Positions 26,686 to 40,799 of a stretch of DNA of 64,000 nucleotides are shown in pieces (the first letter of the stretch is position 1; each line of letters begins with the position of its first letter). Source of the DNA: Eledone cirrhosa (taxonomy: Eukaryota); the NCBI GenBank assembly GCA_964016885.1, contig OZ024740.1:264058001-264122000 (forward strand), read 5' to 3'. Under the pieces are notes generated by a model that was not told the DNA's origin, made no database searches, and was given only the letters and a program-made list of their open reading frames with translations. A program made the translations under genes and the position numbers.

Positions 26686-26792
26686 TTAAAATTAAAATTA
26701 AAATTAAAATTAAAATTAAAATTAAAATTAAAATTAAAATTAAAATTAAAATTAAAATTAAAATTAAAATTAAAATTAAAATTAAAATTAAA
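26686..26792. repeat. (AAAATT)n hexanucleotide microsatellite
   Basis: Seen directly. Confidence 0.95.
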
Positions 26793-27393
26793 ATAAAAAA
26801 ATAAAAAAAATTAGAATTATATATGTATATATTTTATGAAACTTTAAGAAGCAGAATTATAGCAAATGTTATAAATATTATGATTTAGAGATATCAATAT
26901 ATTAAAACCAAGTGGATAAGATTGTTATGGAAATAAGTAGAAATATTATAAGTATAATTATAATTTATATATAGTTCTGAATATTGAATTCAGGCGATGA
27001 CTACAAGAATTAAATAAATTCGTTCTTAGATTAATAGAGTTCTTACATTTAAATATGAAAAAATTTCCTCAGCACACAATTTGCAGAATCTAGATAAAGC
27101 CGTGTTTCGTACGCGTGTGCCTGGAAATGATTTCCCAAGTTAATGAATACTCCATATTCTTGCATTTTAAGTTCCATACCAGGTTTGAAAGAGAAGTTGA
27201 ATATGTTTTAACAAATCTTTTGAAAGAATATTTGTGATTAATGCAGCGACTTTTAAATTCATTAGAAGTTGCACCTACAAAGTTAATATATTATCTCTGG
27301 ATTTGACTGTATATTTATAGACACTTATTTTGTAAAGGACAGTTTGATTTAATTCTACAGTTACATTTTGCGGAGTTGTTGTTATTCAGAACG

Positions 27394-28546
<1,153 letters not shown>

Positions 28547-28549
<3 letters not shown>

Positions 28550-28617
28550 TACTACTGTACGTCTGTATACATATATGTATGTACGTATACATACATACTT
28601 ACATTTAAGGAAGTGCC

Positions 28618-28649
<32 letters not shown>

Positions 28650-28765
28650 GGTTGAAATAGAATGAAACGAAATTTCATTTCTCACTCTTAGTACGGCACT
28701 TACTTAAATGTAAGTATGTATGTATACGTACATACATATATGTATACAGACGTACAGTATTTCAA

Positions 28766-28766
<1 letters not shown>
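28547..28766. repeat. Inverted fragments of the 428-bp repeat family around a (TA)n tract
   Basis: aatgaaacgaaatttcattt..cactcttagtacgg...gtatacagacgtacagta and its reverse complement at 28547-28622. Confidence 0.8.
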
Positions 28767-28799
<33 letters not shown>

Positions 28800-28800
<1 letters not shown>

Positions 28801-28938
28801 CGAAGGAAAAGTGGTAAGGAACCAGGTGGACCATAACGCACCAAAATACTCAATACCTAGGGTAATAGAGTGGGTAATAGGAGTAAGTAAGAACCCGAAA
28901 CGGCTTGAGCTCAGCCGTCGGGGTCTTACTTACTCCTA
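28800..28938. repeat. Terminal-repeat fragment of the Penelope family at 38005-39940 (other copies at 35113-35235 and 48703-49192)
   Basis: Shares gtggtaaggaaccag...tactcaatac.tagggta.tagagtgggtaatag and gaaacggcttgagctc..ccgtcggggtc. Confidence 0.8.
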
Positions 28939-29000
28939 TATATATATATATATAAGTTGAAATAGAATGAAACGAAATATATATATATATATATATATAT

Positions 29001-29651
29001 GTAAGGGAAAAAGCTTTCTGAAGTGCCGACCTTTCCATTGGAAGTCTCCTGGATTTCCAATCTTTTGTGAGGCGAAAGCGTAGGTAAAAGCAATATGGAT
29101 AGGTAAACATTTAAATTGTATTTTAATTTATCTTAAAAGAATGTTTAAAGTTTGCTTGTTCCGCTCATCTCAATTTTATAGTTCTTGTATCTCAAATTTA
29201 TACCATTGAACAACAACTGTATTATAGACACTCTATATATGTCCGTGGGTACTTTGTACCTGTGGGGATATCGATCTCATTTTATGTATATTTTCCCATG
29301 TGTAGAGAGAAAAACGTTGTACCTAGCTGCTATTTTTAGTAGTGTGGCAAGCAACACGTCTATAATATTACCGCTTTTACTAAACGACCAGTTTACGTGT
29401 AGGTCATGCTACTGCCCACTCGATCTTTCACTAGCTGGCGAAAGGCGATGTATTTGCTTGCTATGGGACTATATGTTTTATGTACAGGAAAAAGCTTTCT
29501 GAAGAGCCGATTTTTCCATTGTAAGGCCCCTGGATTTCCAATCTTTTGTGAGGCGGAACTGTCGGTATAAGCAATATGGATAGATAAATATATAAATTAT
29601 ATTTTAATTTATTTTAAAAGTATGATTAAAATTTGCTTATTCCGCCCATCT

Positions 29652-29655
<4 letters not shown>
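29001..29655 (+). repeat. Partial tandem repeat, period 481 bp, each copy with a mutated extended hammerhead
   Basis: 29001-29175 is duplicated at 29482-29655. HHR-like motifs lie at 29013-29091 and 29494-29572. Confidence 0.8.
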
Positions 29656-29699
<44 letters not shown>

Positions 29700-29744
29700 A
29701 AATAACAGGAGGCTGGACTGGTGTAATTCCTTAAAATGTTTATT

Positions 29745-29802
29745 ATACTGTGATCATTTCAATGACCGGGTTCAGTATGAATCCGGTGACATCATCAGGT
29801 AT
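29745..29802 (-). ncRNA. Hammerhead-like motif (U16.1 changed to C)
   Basis: atac-CTGATGA-tgtcaccgg..ccggtcatt-GAAA-tgatca-CA-gtat. Confidence 0.5.
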
Positions 29803-31927
29803 TCGAAATATAGCAAAGGAATATAATAGACAAAATCCATGGGGCTGAAAATCATGGATATGAGGGCGACCGGACATTGATGCTTAGCGGTCAATAACCA
29901 GCGACATGGCGGACCCCTGGCCAGCCCAGGGCCGACGGCGTTTCATCCGCTCCGAGTATTATTGTCTAGCGAACGAAATGGAAATTTATTTTTCCGAGCA
30001 CTCCAGGAATCTTACCTATCTTAGCGTCGGGTGTGTTAGCGGAAAGTCCGTCAATTATTCACACTGTTGGGGGTTTAGTTAAGTGCTAGTAGAGGGAGGA
30101 AAGATAAAGTTAAAAGTTATGATTAAGACTTAAATTTAAAGGTATTGTTTGGCGGTCAATAATCGGTCTCATGGCGGGTTCCAAGTCCGACAGGGCTCCA
30201 GGGCGAAGCAGCCGTTTACCGAACGAAGGGGAAATTTATTTTTCCAACCACTCAAGGAAGGCTGATCGACCCGAGCGCCTGGCGTGCAGTCGGGAAGGCT
30301 GCCACATCCGTCGGATCATCGCGTGTACCAAACGATTATTAGATATTCACACCCGTGATGTGAAGTTGAAAGTGGTAACATCTGATGAAATGTGCAAATA
30401 GACTTTAATTAGTCCCCAGTTAATCCGGGTTATATGTAGTGAGATTCATGGGTGGGTAGGGGGAGTGAATAAAGATAAAAAGATATAAGGGTACAGAGAG
30501 TAATATTCAAGGGTCGTGTGCTAATGAGTACAAGGATAAGTATATAATGAGAGTAAAGTGAGTAAATAAAACATAAATAAAACCGAAAGTAAAATACCTA
30601 AATACATAAATAAAATGCAGTCATACCTGGGGTGGTGATGTAGGGAGTAAAAAAGGAAGTATATAAGAACATATCGAAGAAATCTCAATACAGAAGAAAT
30701 AAAATACAGATCAAGTTGCAGAAGAATGCAAGGTTAGTAGTTAGTCCCATATAGATATAGAGGATGGAAGATTAGGAATACCTAGTGTATGTTCAAGTCT
30801 TAATTTTCAATGTGAATCCTAAAGGCCCTGAAATATAGGATAAGTAATTCAGTCAATACAATACAGGGTATAGTAAAATATGTTGATGCTTTGATCCATG
30901 AGGTCCGACAGAGTCTGAATATTCCCGACAGGGAAGCAGCAATGCATGGTCCAGGTGGGCGATAGACAAATCTCAAAGCAGCCAAAATCCGAAAGGTGTG
31001 TAGTTAGTCCCATGCTGGCGATAGCTGTACATTGGAGTCAGTGCCGCTGTTGATTATTACATCTGAAAGCGCTCGACATTTCCTGGAGCATTATTTATTT
31101 AGGTTTATTGGTTCACCACTGGATAGAACTGGCCATTCCGTATGGTCAACCTCGATGTAATACTTGCACTTAACTAAACCCCTACCAGGGTGAATAACTA
31201 GTAATCATTTGGTATATACGATGGCCGGCGGACGTTGGCGGAACACCCGCCAAACATCCGACGCTCGGAAAAATAAATTCCCATTTCTTTCGCTAGACGA
31301 TAATACTCGGAACGGCTGACACGCCGTCGGGCCCCGGGCTGGCCGGGGATCAGCGACGTCGCTGGTTATTGACCGCTAAGCATGTTCTTCATCTTTACTC
31401 TATATTCTACCCTGAAAGTTTATCGTGACTATCTATAATACACTTAAACTTTTTCATAAAAGCCACCTGCTTTAAATTCTTTAACTAAATCTCAAAACTG
31501 CAAACCTAAACCTTATTTTTCTAACTTCATCCTAAATGGCACCTTCTAACTCTAAGCATAAATTATAACGTTTTTAATTGTTAATCGTAATTTCTGTCCA
31601 TACATTATACCATGCAGACGCCTACTATATATTACCATATAGAGATTTGATAAAGATATATGTTCTTTGATATTTTTCGCGGCACTTTCTAGCACGCATG
31701 ACCATCTTGAATGTGACCTGACCTCAACGATGGCCTCTGTCTTTGACGGGGTGGTAATAGTACACTATAAGCCTACGTCCCTTCACCATATGGACATAAG
31801 TAGGCTTAATAATGAACATTTGGGGGCTGCCGACCGAGGTAGAAGCTGCTAAATGTTCGGTCGCCCTCATGTCTATGATTTTCAGTCCCCTGGATGTTGT
31901 CTATTATATTCCTTTGTTATATTTCGA

Positions 31928-31985
31928 ATACCTGATGATGTCACCGGATTCATACTGAACACGGTCATTGAAATGATCATACTAT
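31928..31985 (+). ncRNA. Hammerhead-like motif (intact core, stem I mismatch)
   Basis: atac-CTGATGA-tgtcaccgg..acggtcatt-GAAA-tgatca-TA-ctat; stem III palindrome ATGATCAT. Confidence 0.55.
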
Positions 31986-32246
31986 AATAAACCTTTTAAG
32001 GAATTACACCAGTCCTGGCTGCAGTTATTTTATAATAATTAACTCTGTACTCGCACCACCAACTACACAAACGAAGACGGGTGAGTTGCATTACCTTGAG
32101 TGCTCTCCATAATATTACATCGTGGTTGACCATAAGGAATGACCAGTTCTATTATCCAGTGGTGAGCCAACAAACCTAAATAAATAAATATATATATATA
32201 TATATTTATACATACATATATATATATACATATATATTAATATATA

Positions 32247-32735
32247 TCAAGTAAGAATATTTTTCGAAACAGTGAGCGGGTTTGAAATTATTATAAATCT
32301 AAGCTATTATTTAGCCTGATAGTGGGGTTAAGAACCCTCGGAAAAATGGAAAAAGATGAATACTGACGTACATGAGTGTCGAACCCACATATATTGGTTA
32401 TCCAGACCACTGTGCTACCATTTACACCAACACATCACCATCTTTTTACATTCAAATTAGAAGCTATAAACATAGCGACTGTAATGTCAAGTAAGAATAT
32501 TTTTCGAAACATCGAGGGGGTTTGACATTATTATAAATCTAAGCTATCGCCGTATTTTGAATAAAGAAATTAAAGAAATTATTTAGCCTGATAGTGGGGC
32601 TAAGAACCCTCGGAGAAATGGAAAAAGATCATCTTTTTTCCATTACTCCGAGGGTTCTTAACTCCACTATCAGGCTAAATAATTTCTTTAATTTCTTCAG
32701 TTAAAATACAGCGATAGCTTACATTTATAATAATT
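32247..32735. repeat. Direct (240 bp period) plus fold-back repeat
   Basis: tcaagtaagaatatttttcgaaaca occurs at 32247 and 32487. 32528-32630 is inverted at 32631-32735. Confidence 0.85.
32364..32437 (-). pseudogene. tRNA-like sequence (tRNA pseudogene or SINE head)
   Basis: Minus strand reads tgatgtg-t-TGGTGTAAATGGTAGCAC-ag-tggt ctggata acca-atatat-gtggGTTCGAcactcat-g-tacgtca. It has A and B boxes, a 7-bp acceptor stem with G-U pairs and a 7-nt anticodon loop. Confidence 0.5.
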
Positions 32736-32956
32736 AATATATATATATATACATATGTGTAAGTTAGCTTGTGGTGAATGGTCAAGACGAATACGGCGAT
32801 CAATTTCGTTTGAATAAATAACATGAATTTGATACTTATGCAAAACATTTGCATATACTTTTCAGTTAGAGATGTTGATCTATCTAGGTATATCCATGTA
32901 TATAAAAGTTCATCTATTTTTTAATATTATCTCCCTTTCTACTACTGTTTATGCGC

Positions 32957-33607
<651 letters not shown>

Positions 33608-34650
33608 GTCGGTGTCATGTGTTGCGAATTAAATGTCTATCTATGAATGTTTGAATTAAAAACCTAAAGAAAGAAGAAATCTTCATGCGCTTAAACAATA
33701 ACGAAACAAAATAACATAAAGAAAGACAGGCTAGCTTATAATTCTGATGACATGTATTATGTATTCTTGCTGTTCGGTTTTATCTCCCATGCGAATTTGT
33801 ATGCGGCAATCCCCGAAGAAACTTACTTTCTAAACTCTGATTGGATAAATTTCTTAAATATTCCTAAAGATATTTTTTAAAGATAGTTGATAAGGAGTTG
33901 CTGCAAAAATAATACACAAAATAAATTAATAAAAAATAAAATAACAGGAAGAGAACAAATTTCAGTATGTAAAAAAATAAATCAAGTAATTCGAAGAATT
34001 CATGAAGCAACTAACAAAAATATATAAAATTTCCGGAGAAAATATAATGAAATAAAATCATGGCATTACTATTCTAGAATCTTCTCTCATTTCTCAGGCT
34101 TTGTTTTTTGTTTATGCTTATTGGAAGTGTGTTTTCTATTTATCAGTCTCTTTCTTAGTTATTTGTTTCAATGTTTTATTTTGCTGAAAAGCGTCAATTA
34201 TATATGGATATCACTGCCGTCTTGTGGCATGTGATATGCATGATATTTCGCCGCCTTTCCTATTGCAATGAACATTTAAATAAAAAAAAAACAGGAAAAA
34301 TATTTACAAAGTAAAACATACAAGCAAGCAACAAATTGCAATATAGTGACACATTCAGAAATGATGGGAGAAAATCTAAAAAATAGCAGGATTAAATAAA
34401 ACAAACAACAACAAACATATATAAAAACAAAAACATATTATGAAGAAAACAAAACAAACCGACAAAGAGAATTAAAACAAAAAATGTCACATCAACATCA
34501 AATACATCATCGACATAAAAAATGTACTGCTTATAACTGAATTGAATATATTTCGTGTCCTTTCACCGGCATTTGCTAGTTATTCGTGTTATTGCATCTT
34601 TATCGTACAGAATTTATAAGTTTCAGGATATATTTTAGATACATACATAC

Positions 34651-34701
<51 letters not shown>

Positions 34702-35065
34702 GGGGGGGGGGGGTGTCTGTGTGAGTGTATGTATGTATGTATATATATATGTATATATATATACATATACATATGACACTAAGAGTCCGAGATTGGTGAA
34801 TCCAGCGCTGATTGGGTATATATCAACACCTTTTTTTATTTATTGATTTGATTTATCGATTGATTGATATTTTTTGTATAAATTGTATGTATAACCCTAA
34901 TCAATTTATTCAATTATCACCACTACACTATTTAATCTGTATATGTATACTCTGTCTCTGGAATGTATTGCAGTTAGCATTGATTGCCATAGTGTGTGGC
35001 AGTGTGTTGCGTTGACATAGGTGTACAAAACAACTCGTGGTAGTGTGATTTCGTAAATTTGTTAG

Positions 35066-35115
<50 letters not shown>

Positions 35116-35444
35116 GGAAAAGAGTCAGGACCCCGACGGCTGGGCTCCGACTGAGCTCCTGCTGGTTCTACTACCCTACGTATTGAGTACTCTGGTGTGT
35201 TATCGTCCACCTGGTATCTTACAACACCCGCTTTGTTATATATATATATATATAAATATTTTGATGTGCTTGTGCGTGTGCGTCTGTCTGTCTGTCTGCT
35301 CATATATACTCACACACATATATATATAACAAAATATATATATGTATCGACATTCGATTCACTTTCGTAAAATCGGACCGAGAAAACAACGTTTCCATTG
35401 GTCTTTCTAATTACTAATACAATTTATCGGTCGCAATTCCAGGT

Positions 35445-35545
35445 AGACGGATCGATGTGAAATAAAGTATCTTGCTCAAGGATATAACGCACCATCCGGT
35501 CCGGGAATCGAACTCCCAACCTCACGATTGCGAATACCATTCTGT
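35445..35545 (-). mobile_element. Fragment of a second tRNA-derived SINE family
   Basis: Minus-strand B box ggGAGTTCGATTCCcgg followed by gcgttatatccttgagcaagatacttta, a typical SINE body motif. Confidence 0.65.
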
Positions 35546-35750
35546 AAGCTGTGAGGATAATTAACAAAGAGTAGATCACGAAGGAAAACTAAGCAGAAAG
35601 TGAAATAAAAATTCTAATGCTCCAGGAAATGTAGGGTTTGAAACTACTATATATATATATGTATGTAAAAGGTAAACAGAAATAACAACACGATCGGTAC
35701 ATATCTGGAAGGGATATATTAGGTTAACGCTTCATATAGCATGAAGAAGG

Positions 35751-35786
35751 TCTTAACGTTTCGGACGCTACTCCTTCATCAGAAGA
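35751..35786 (-). ncRNA. Ultra-minimal type I hammerhead ribozyme
   Basis: tctt-CTGATGA-agga gtagcg tcc-GAAA-c-GTT-aaga; stem III has no loop (palindromic ACGT). Confidence 0.65.
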
Positions 35787-35963
35787 AAGAATGAGAAACA
35801 AGATAGATTGAGTGGACGGGCTGGTTGGAATTTGAAAAAAATGCCTTTAGATAAAAATAACAGATCCATTCATGTGGATATATATATATATTTATATATA
35901 TATATATATAATATATTATATATGTATATATATATATATATATACATACATATATAATATATA

Positions 35964-36059
<96 letters not shown>

Positions 36060-36493
36060 CTATGAATTGATCAACATATATATAAAAAAATATAAACATG
36101 AATAATCACAGGAGATAATTTTTACAAGCGTGTAACCACGCATGGCTAGTAAGTAACAAATAAATAAAGTTAACTAGAACTTCAAAAATAGATACCTTTT
36201 AATGATTAATCTTCCCTGAATATATTTCATTAAAGAAATATATTTCACCAATTAATCAGATGGTAAGACACAGAAAGTGGATATTATTGGATTATCAACA
36301 AGGAAGAACAATATTGAATAATTCGTGTTTACACTACGAGTCAACATCTTTAACTGGCCGCTACAACGTGTTGTTTTAACACATAACAGCGGCTTCGTCT
36401 CAGTGGCGTGAATAGGTATTCGAAAACTAGAAATAGCAGTCAATTCCCATCAACAGAGTTAGCTCTACAATCAAGGAGCCGTATTTATATATT

Positions 36494-36671
36494 TATATCC
36501 AAAATTAAGATAAATTAAATGAATTCAATCTAAATCGAAATTGTGGGTGTCACGCCTTAACGGTGTTGAAAAGTGTTTGAGCTTATTTTCCGGGCGAAAT
36601 GGCGCACACCGTTAAGGCGTGACACCCATAATTTCGATTTAGATTGAATTCATTTAATTTATCTTAATTTT

Positions 36672-36678
<7 letters not shown>
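36494..36678. repeat. Fold-back inverted repeat (~70 bp arms) next to (TA)n
   Basis: atatccaaaattaagat...cacgccttaacggtg paired with caccgttaaggcgtg...atcttaattttggatat. Confidence 0.9.
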
Positions 36679-36738
<60 letters not shown>

Positions 36739-36920
36739 ATACAATAACAGAGATAGTTTAAAGCTAAACTCTGACTGGTAACCATCTCACTCAACAAACA
36801 TTAGGTTATATTTAAATATAAACCCAATTTAAGTGTTTGGGGTGCTAACAATATGTATAATGTGGAAAAACCAGTTGTATTATTTTATGAGATATAATTA
36901 AAGTTAAAGTATATCTCTCT

Positions 36921-37045
36921 TTCCAAACAATTGTTTCATTATAAGTTTTCTACAAGTTGGGAGAATATTTCCAGTTTATGTAGAAGCCTAATATATATTC
37001 ATGTAAGAATATATTTAGGTGGGCTCTTATAAATCATCAGTGGAA
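36921..37045 (-). ncRNA. Type I hammerhead ribozyme with ~96 nt branched stem II
   Basis: ttcca-CTGATGA-t ttataag[two hairpins]cttataa t-GAAA-caattg-TT-tggaa; perfect 5-bp stem I; stem III palindrome ACAATTGT. Confidence 0.7.
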
Positions 37046-37499
37046 GCCCAATAAACTTTGATATAAGAAAGAAATTCTTACCGCAGTCAAAAATCGTGTC
37101 TGTTAAGTTGCTCCTTCCCGGATCGAATGACCGCCAAATTTGAAATTCCATCAGTTTTTGACTGAGGAAGTATCATAGCGACACGAAGCGGGAGGGGAGA
37201 CAACTACGATCTACGAAAGGAGGAAAAAATAATAATATACACACGGGTTAATTAGTTTTTTCGAAAACATTATCAATCCAACGTGTTAAGAACTCAATTG
37301 GAAATAAAAAAAAAAAAAAATATATGCGTGTATAAATTACACACTCATGTAGATATTTTCTTAGGCTAAAATCAGAAGTTGTACCCGAATAAGAACCGCA
37401 TTTCATAACCGCAGTAAATACAGAAAGTTATGCCTTAAAGGGCAAATAGGAATGTAAATATCCGGCCGAATTAAGAGTAAAATATAAAACACACGCGGG

Positions 37500-37554
<55 letters not shown>

Positions 37555-37584
37555 AAAGAATAGAGGTGTAACACACAAGTTATT

Positions 37585-37987
37585 ATATATTGGTAAACGG
37601 AATAGAAAATGCTGACAAATTATTCACAGTTGAAAAATGGTTTACTTAGGAATAAAAGAGTATTAGTGATTATATGGGTTAGTATTCAGTTGTGGTTTTA
37701 AGTTTTTAACTTTTTACCGGTTGCGCATTTCTAAATGCTTTTCAAAAATAATTTTGAGATAGAGTGTCTGTGCTGTTTGCTCTGATCAGAGCAAACAGCA
37801 CGGACACTATATCTCAAAATTATTTTTGAAAAGCATTTAGAAATGCGCAACCGGTAAAAACTTAAAAACTTAAAACCACAACTGAATACTAACCCATACA
37901 ATCACTAATACTCTTTTATTCCTAATTAAACCATTTTTCAACTGTGAACAATTTGTCAGCATTTTCTATTCCGTTTACCAATATATA
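37585..37987. repeat. ~400 bp palindrome centred on tctgatcaga (~37786); single-arm copy at 48487-48685
   Basis: tggtaaacggaatagaaaatgctgac...gctctgatcagagc...gtcagcattttctattccgtttacca. Confidence 0.92.
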
Positions 37988-38409
37988 TATATATATATAT
38001 ATATATAACGGAGGATTTGTGGTAAGGAACCAGATTACTCAATACTTAGAGTAGTAGAATGAGTAATAGGAGTAAGAATGACCCCGACGGCAGAGCTCAA
38101 GCTGGTTCTCCACTAATTTCTAGGTTGTTTCTTCCATAGGGTTTGACCTGTAATACCCCCACAAGAAAGCAAACGACAACCTGCACTACACCCACCGCCG
38201 CTCTAACCATCCTAGAAACATCACCAATAATCGGGTTAAAAACATCTCCCTCCGCATATCTCGTTTGTCCGCTAATGACAGATATTCGACGAACATGCAC
38301 CTCATTACAACTAGGCCCTCAAGCGGAGTGGCTTGCGGGAGGAAATATGCTTTTATCCAGCTTCCCTTAGCGGAACCAGCAGGCGACGCCACCGAGCACG
38401 CCACGTAAC

Positions 38410-38904
38410 GTGGTTCAATCCTCGTACTGCGCTGATGGATCTAGGTGCCCCCTCAACAACAGATGCCGAGAACGTAACGTGATCTACCAGTGCAACGTGA
38501 GGACGGACATCACCAACAAAGCTTATATAGTATTAACCGCTTGTGACTTTAAGACCCGGCTCTACCAACACCGACATACCTTCCGGAACCCGGCCCGGCG
38601 ACATGCCACCACACTTTTGGGCAATATCTGGGACCTCCAAGATAATAATATAATTTACGATCTTACTTGTAGCTTACTGTCCAGAGCTAACTCTTACATG
38701 GGAGGGCGCCGTCTGTGTAACGTATGCTCGGAGGAAATATTACAAATGCTGTTTACGAAGGATCAACTCCTAAACAAAAAAGTCGAACTGGTAACTGCAT
38801 GGAAACACAGATTGCGGAATACTTACCTCGCCCTCAAACACCCTAACGATCCGGGTGGGTATACTAGGTCTGAAATACCCCACTTGCCGAATAAGATAGG
38901 GTAA
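38410..38904 (+). pseudogene. Penelope GIY-YIG endonuclease domain fragment
   Basis: CPLNNRCRERNVIYQCNV..AYIVLTACDFKTRLYQHRHTF..IWDLQ..CNVCSEE..LLNKKVEL; the YIG motif is degenerate. Confidence 0.85.
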
Positions 38905-39180
38905 ACCCCCACTTATATAGGTAGATATACCTATTTTCCTCCATGTGTTCCCCTTCCCTTTGTCTCCCCCTATCACTTCTTCCACCATCCAACTTCTTCC
39001 TCGTTCGTTTCTTTGTTTTTTTCCCCTTTCTCCAACCCCGAGGCAGCCATCGGACCTCTTTAGCCTCAGTACCCCTACCTCTGTAACTTACAGATAGCAT
39101 TCGCCGATTACGCTATACTACCTATTCATAGCAGCTGTGTTAGACCCCAGATATCTGGTATTAATTTTTAATTCTAAATG

Positions 39181-39368
39181 GGCGGTGGATTTTGCAGTAT
39201 CGGTAGAGGGTCGGACGCCATGCTCTCCAGCATAGTTACGTCCCTTTACGATCTGAGTTCAAATCCCGCCGAGGTTGACTTTGCCTTTCATCCTTACGGG
39301 GTCGATAAAATAAGGTACCAGTAATGCACTGGATAATTGCTGTCCTTGTGCCTAAAGTAGAAACAATT
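39181..39368 (+). mobile_element. tRNA-derived SINE (MetaSINE-like), full-length copy
   Basis: ggcggtggattttgcagtatcggtag head, B box gagttcaaatccc and central gactttgcctttcatccttacggggtcgataaaataaggtaccag. Confidence 0.85.
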
Positions 39369-40799
39369 AATTTTTAATTCTAAATTTTTCAATTATTCTC
39401 ATCTAACAACTCATTCTGTGGCTTTGGCCGAAATATAGCAGCTCTGTTAAAACTCCTTATTTCACTTCTCACTTTTCAATCTTACTTTCTGTTACATCTT
39501 TCTCTCATTTGTTATTATATTATTTTTTATTATATTTTTCTTTGTCCCCTAATCGCATTTAATTTACTATTTCTATAACGGCCCTCCTCCACTTTCTAAA
39601 TATACTTTTTTCGCCAACCTCCGCTGGCCTACTTTCATACACATTCCTTAGAATTTGCCGGTTAGATTTCACCTTCTATGCTTGACCGGCTCTACCCACT
39701 CCCTATCGTTCTACAGGCAAGTTCAGCCATCCACACCCCGCAGCCACTGCCATGATAGACTTTTCTGTGTCCGCTACAAATTTTGACCAATCCCGTTGAT
39801 AACTACAGTCTTTCCATAGAAGGAAGTACCCTTGAAAAGTTCGGCTATTTATTTACCAGACTAAAAAAACTCTTACTTTAGTCAAGAAATAGCCTTCAAA
39901 ACGGCTTGAAGTCTTCCGTTGGGTCATACTTTCTCCTATATATATATATATATTAAATATGTGTACATATGTGTGTGTGTGTGTGTGTACATCTATGTGT
40001 TTTTGTGTAACAGAAAATGAGGGCTATTAAGCGCATAGAATAAAAAGTATTTACTGAGTAAAAAGTTTACACAAATGTATATTCAAGCATTTATTACTAT
40101 TTTATTGGTAGTAGTTTCAATGTTTCTCAGTGTACATGTTTCAATCTCTCTCTGAAATTTTGAAATATCGGTATAACAATTAATATCGATATATTCTATC
40201 GAAGTGAATAAGCGATTATTTCATAATGTTGGGATTAGAATCAAGGTCAACAATACCATATCATTTTCTACTTTCGTTGAATGTGTTCAATATTTCATTT
40301 AAAATGGAAACGTATATGATGGCGTAATGTTTGAAGAATGATTTAATGTTGAAACTGATTTATAGTAAGGGTAAATGTACCCGAGTTGGAGATTAGAATT
40401 GTTCAGGGAATGATCCTATTGTCGTAAGATCTATTCCTGGTGGTGTGTTGTGTTGGTGTGTCAGTCTCTAATTTTCACTTCAGCTAGGAAAATGAGTTTC
40501 ATTCCAAGGAACATTCTTGCGCCACATTTTCAACGTGAAATCCTTTTAAGAGGGACACACACATATATATATATATGCATGTACGTATGTTCTGCTGGTT
40601 TTATAATTTAACAATTTTTTACCAATAGTGAGAGAGTCGGTTTCTAACATAGACGCAAGACTCTCTCATTGGAATTTACACAACATCAACTAGGTAGATA
40701 TGTATGCATGTCTGCATGCATGCTTGCATGTTTATATATGGATGTTATTGTATGTGTGCATGTGTATATGCTTTGCATCTGTACATGTGTATATGCAGT

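Larger units (their letters stand above)
25795..27390 (-). mobile_element. 5'-truncated Penelope-like element: GIY-YIG remnant, AT-rich 3' region and hammerhead-bearing terminal repeat
   Basis: Minus strand 27390-26990 translates [17 protein letters not shown]...FVGATSNEFKSRCINHKYSF...LSNLVWNLKCKNMEYSLTWEII...CKLCAEEIF. It starts at a (TA)n tract and carries an HHR at 25834-25897. Confidence 0.75.
29697..32190. mobile_element. Composite inverted-repeat element between (TA)n tracts (PLE-like), carrying two opposite hammerheads
   Basis: Inverted pairs: 29697-29880 with 31850-32035, 29884-30005 with 31258-31382, and 31090-31160 with 32110-32190. Confidence 0.7.
38005..39940 (+). mobile_element. 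5'-truncated Penelope-like element with inverted terminal segment and nested SINE
   Basis: GIY-YIG ORF at 38410..38904. 38066-38104 is inverted at 39900-39938. Both ends lie in (TA)n. Confidence 0.8.
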
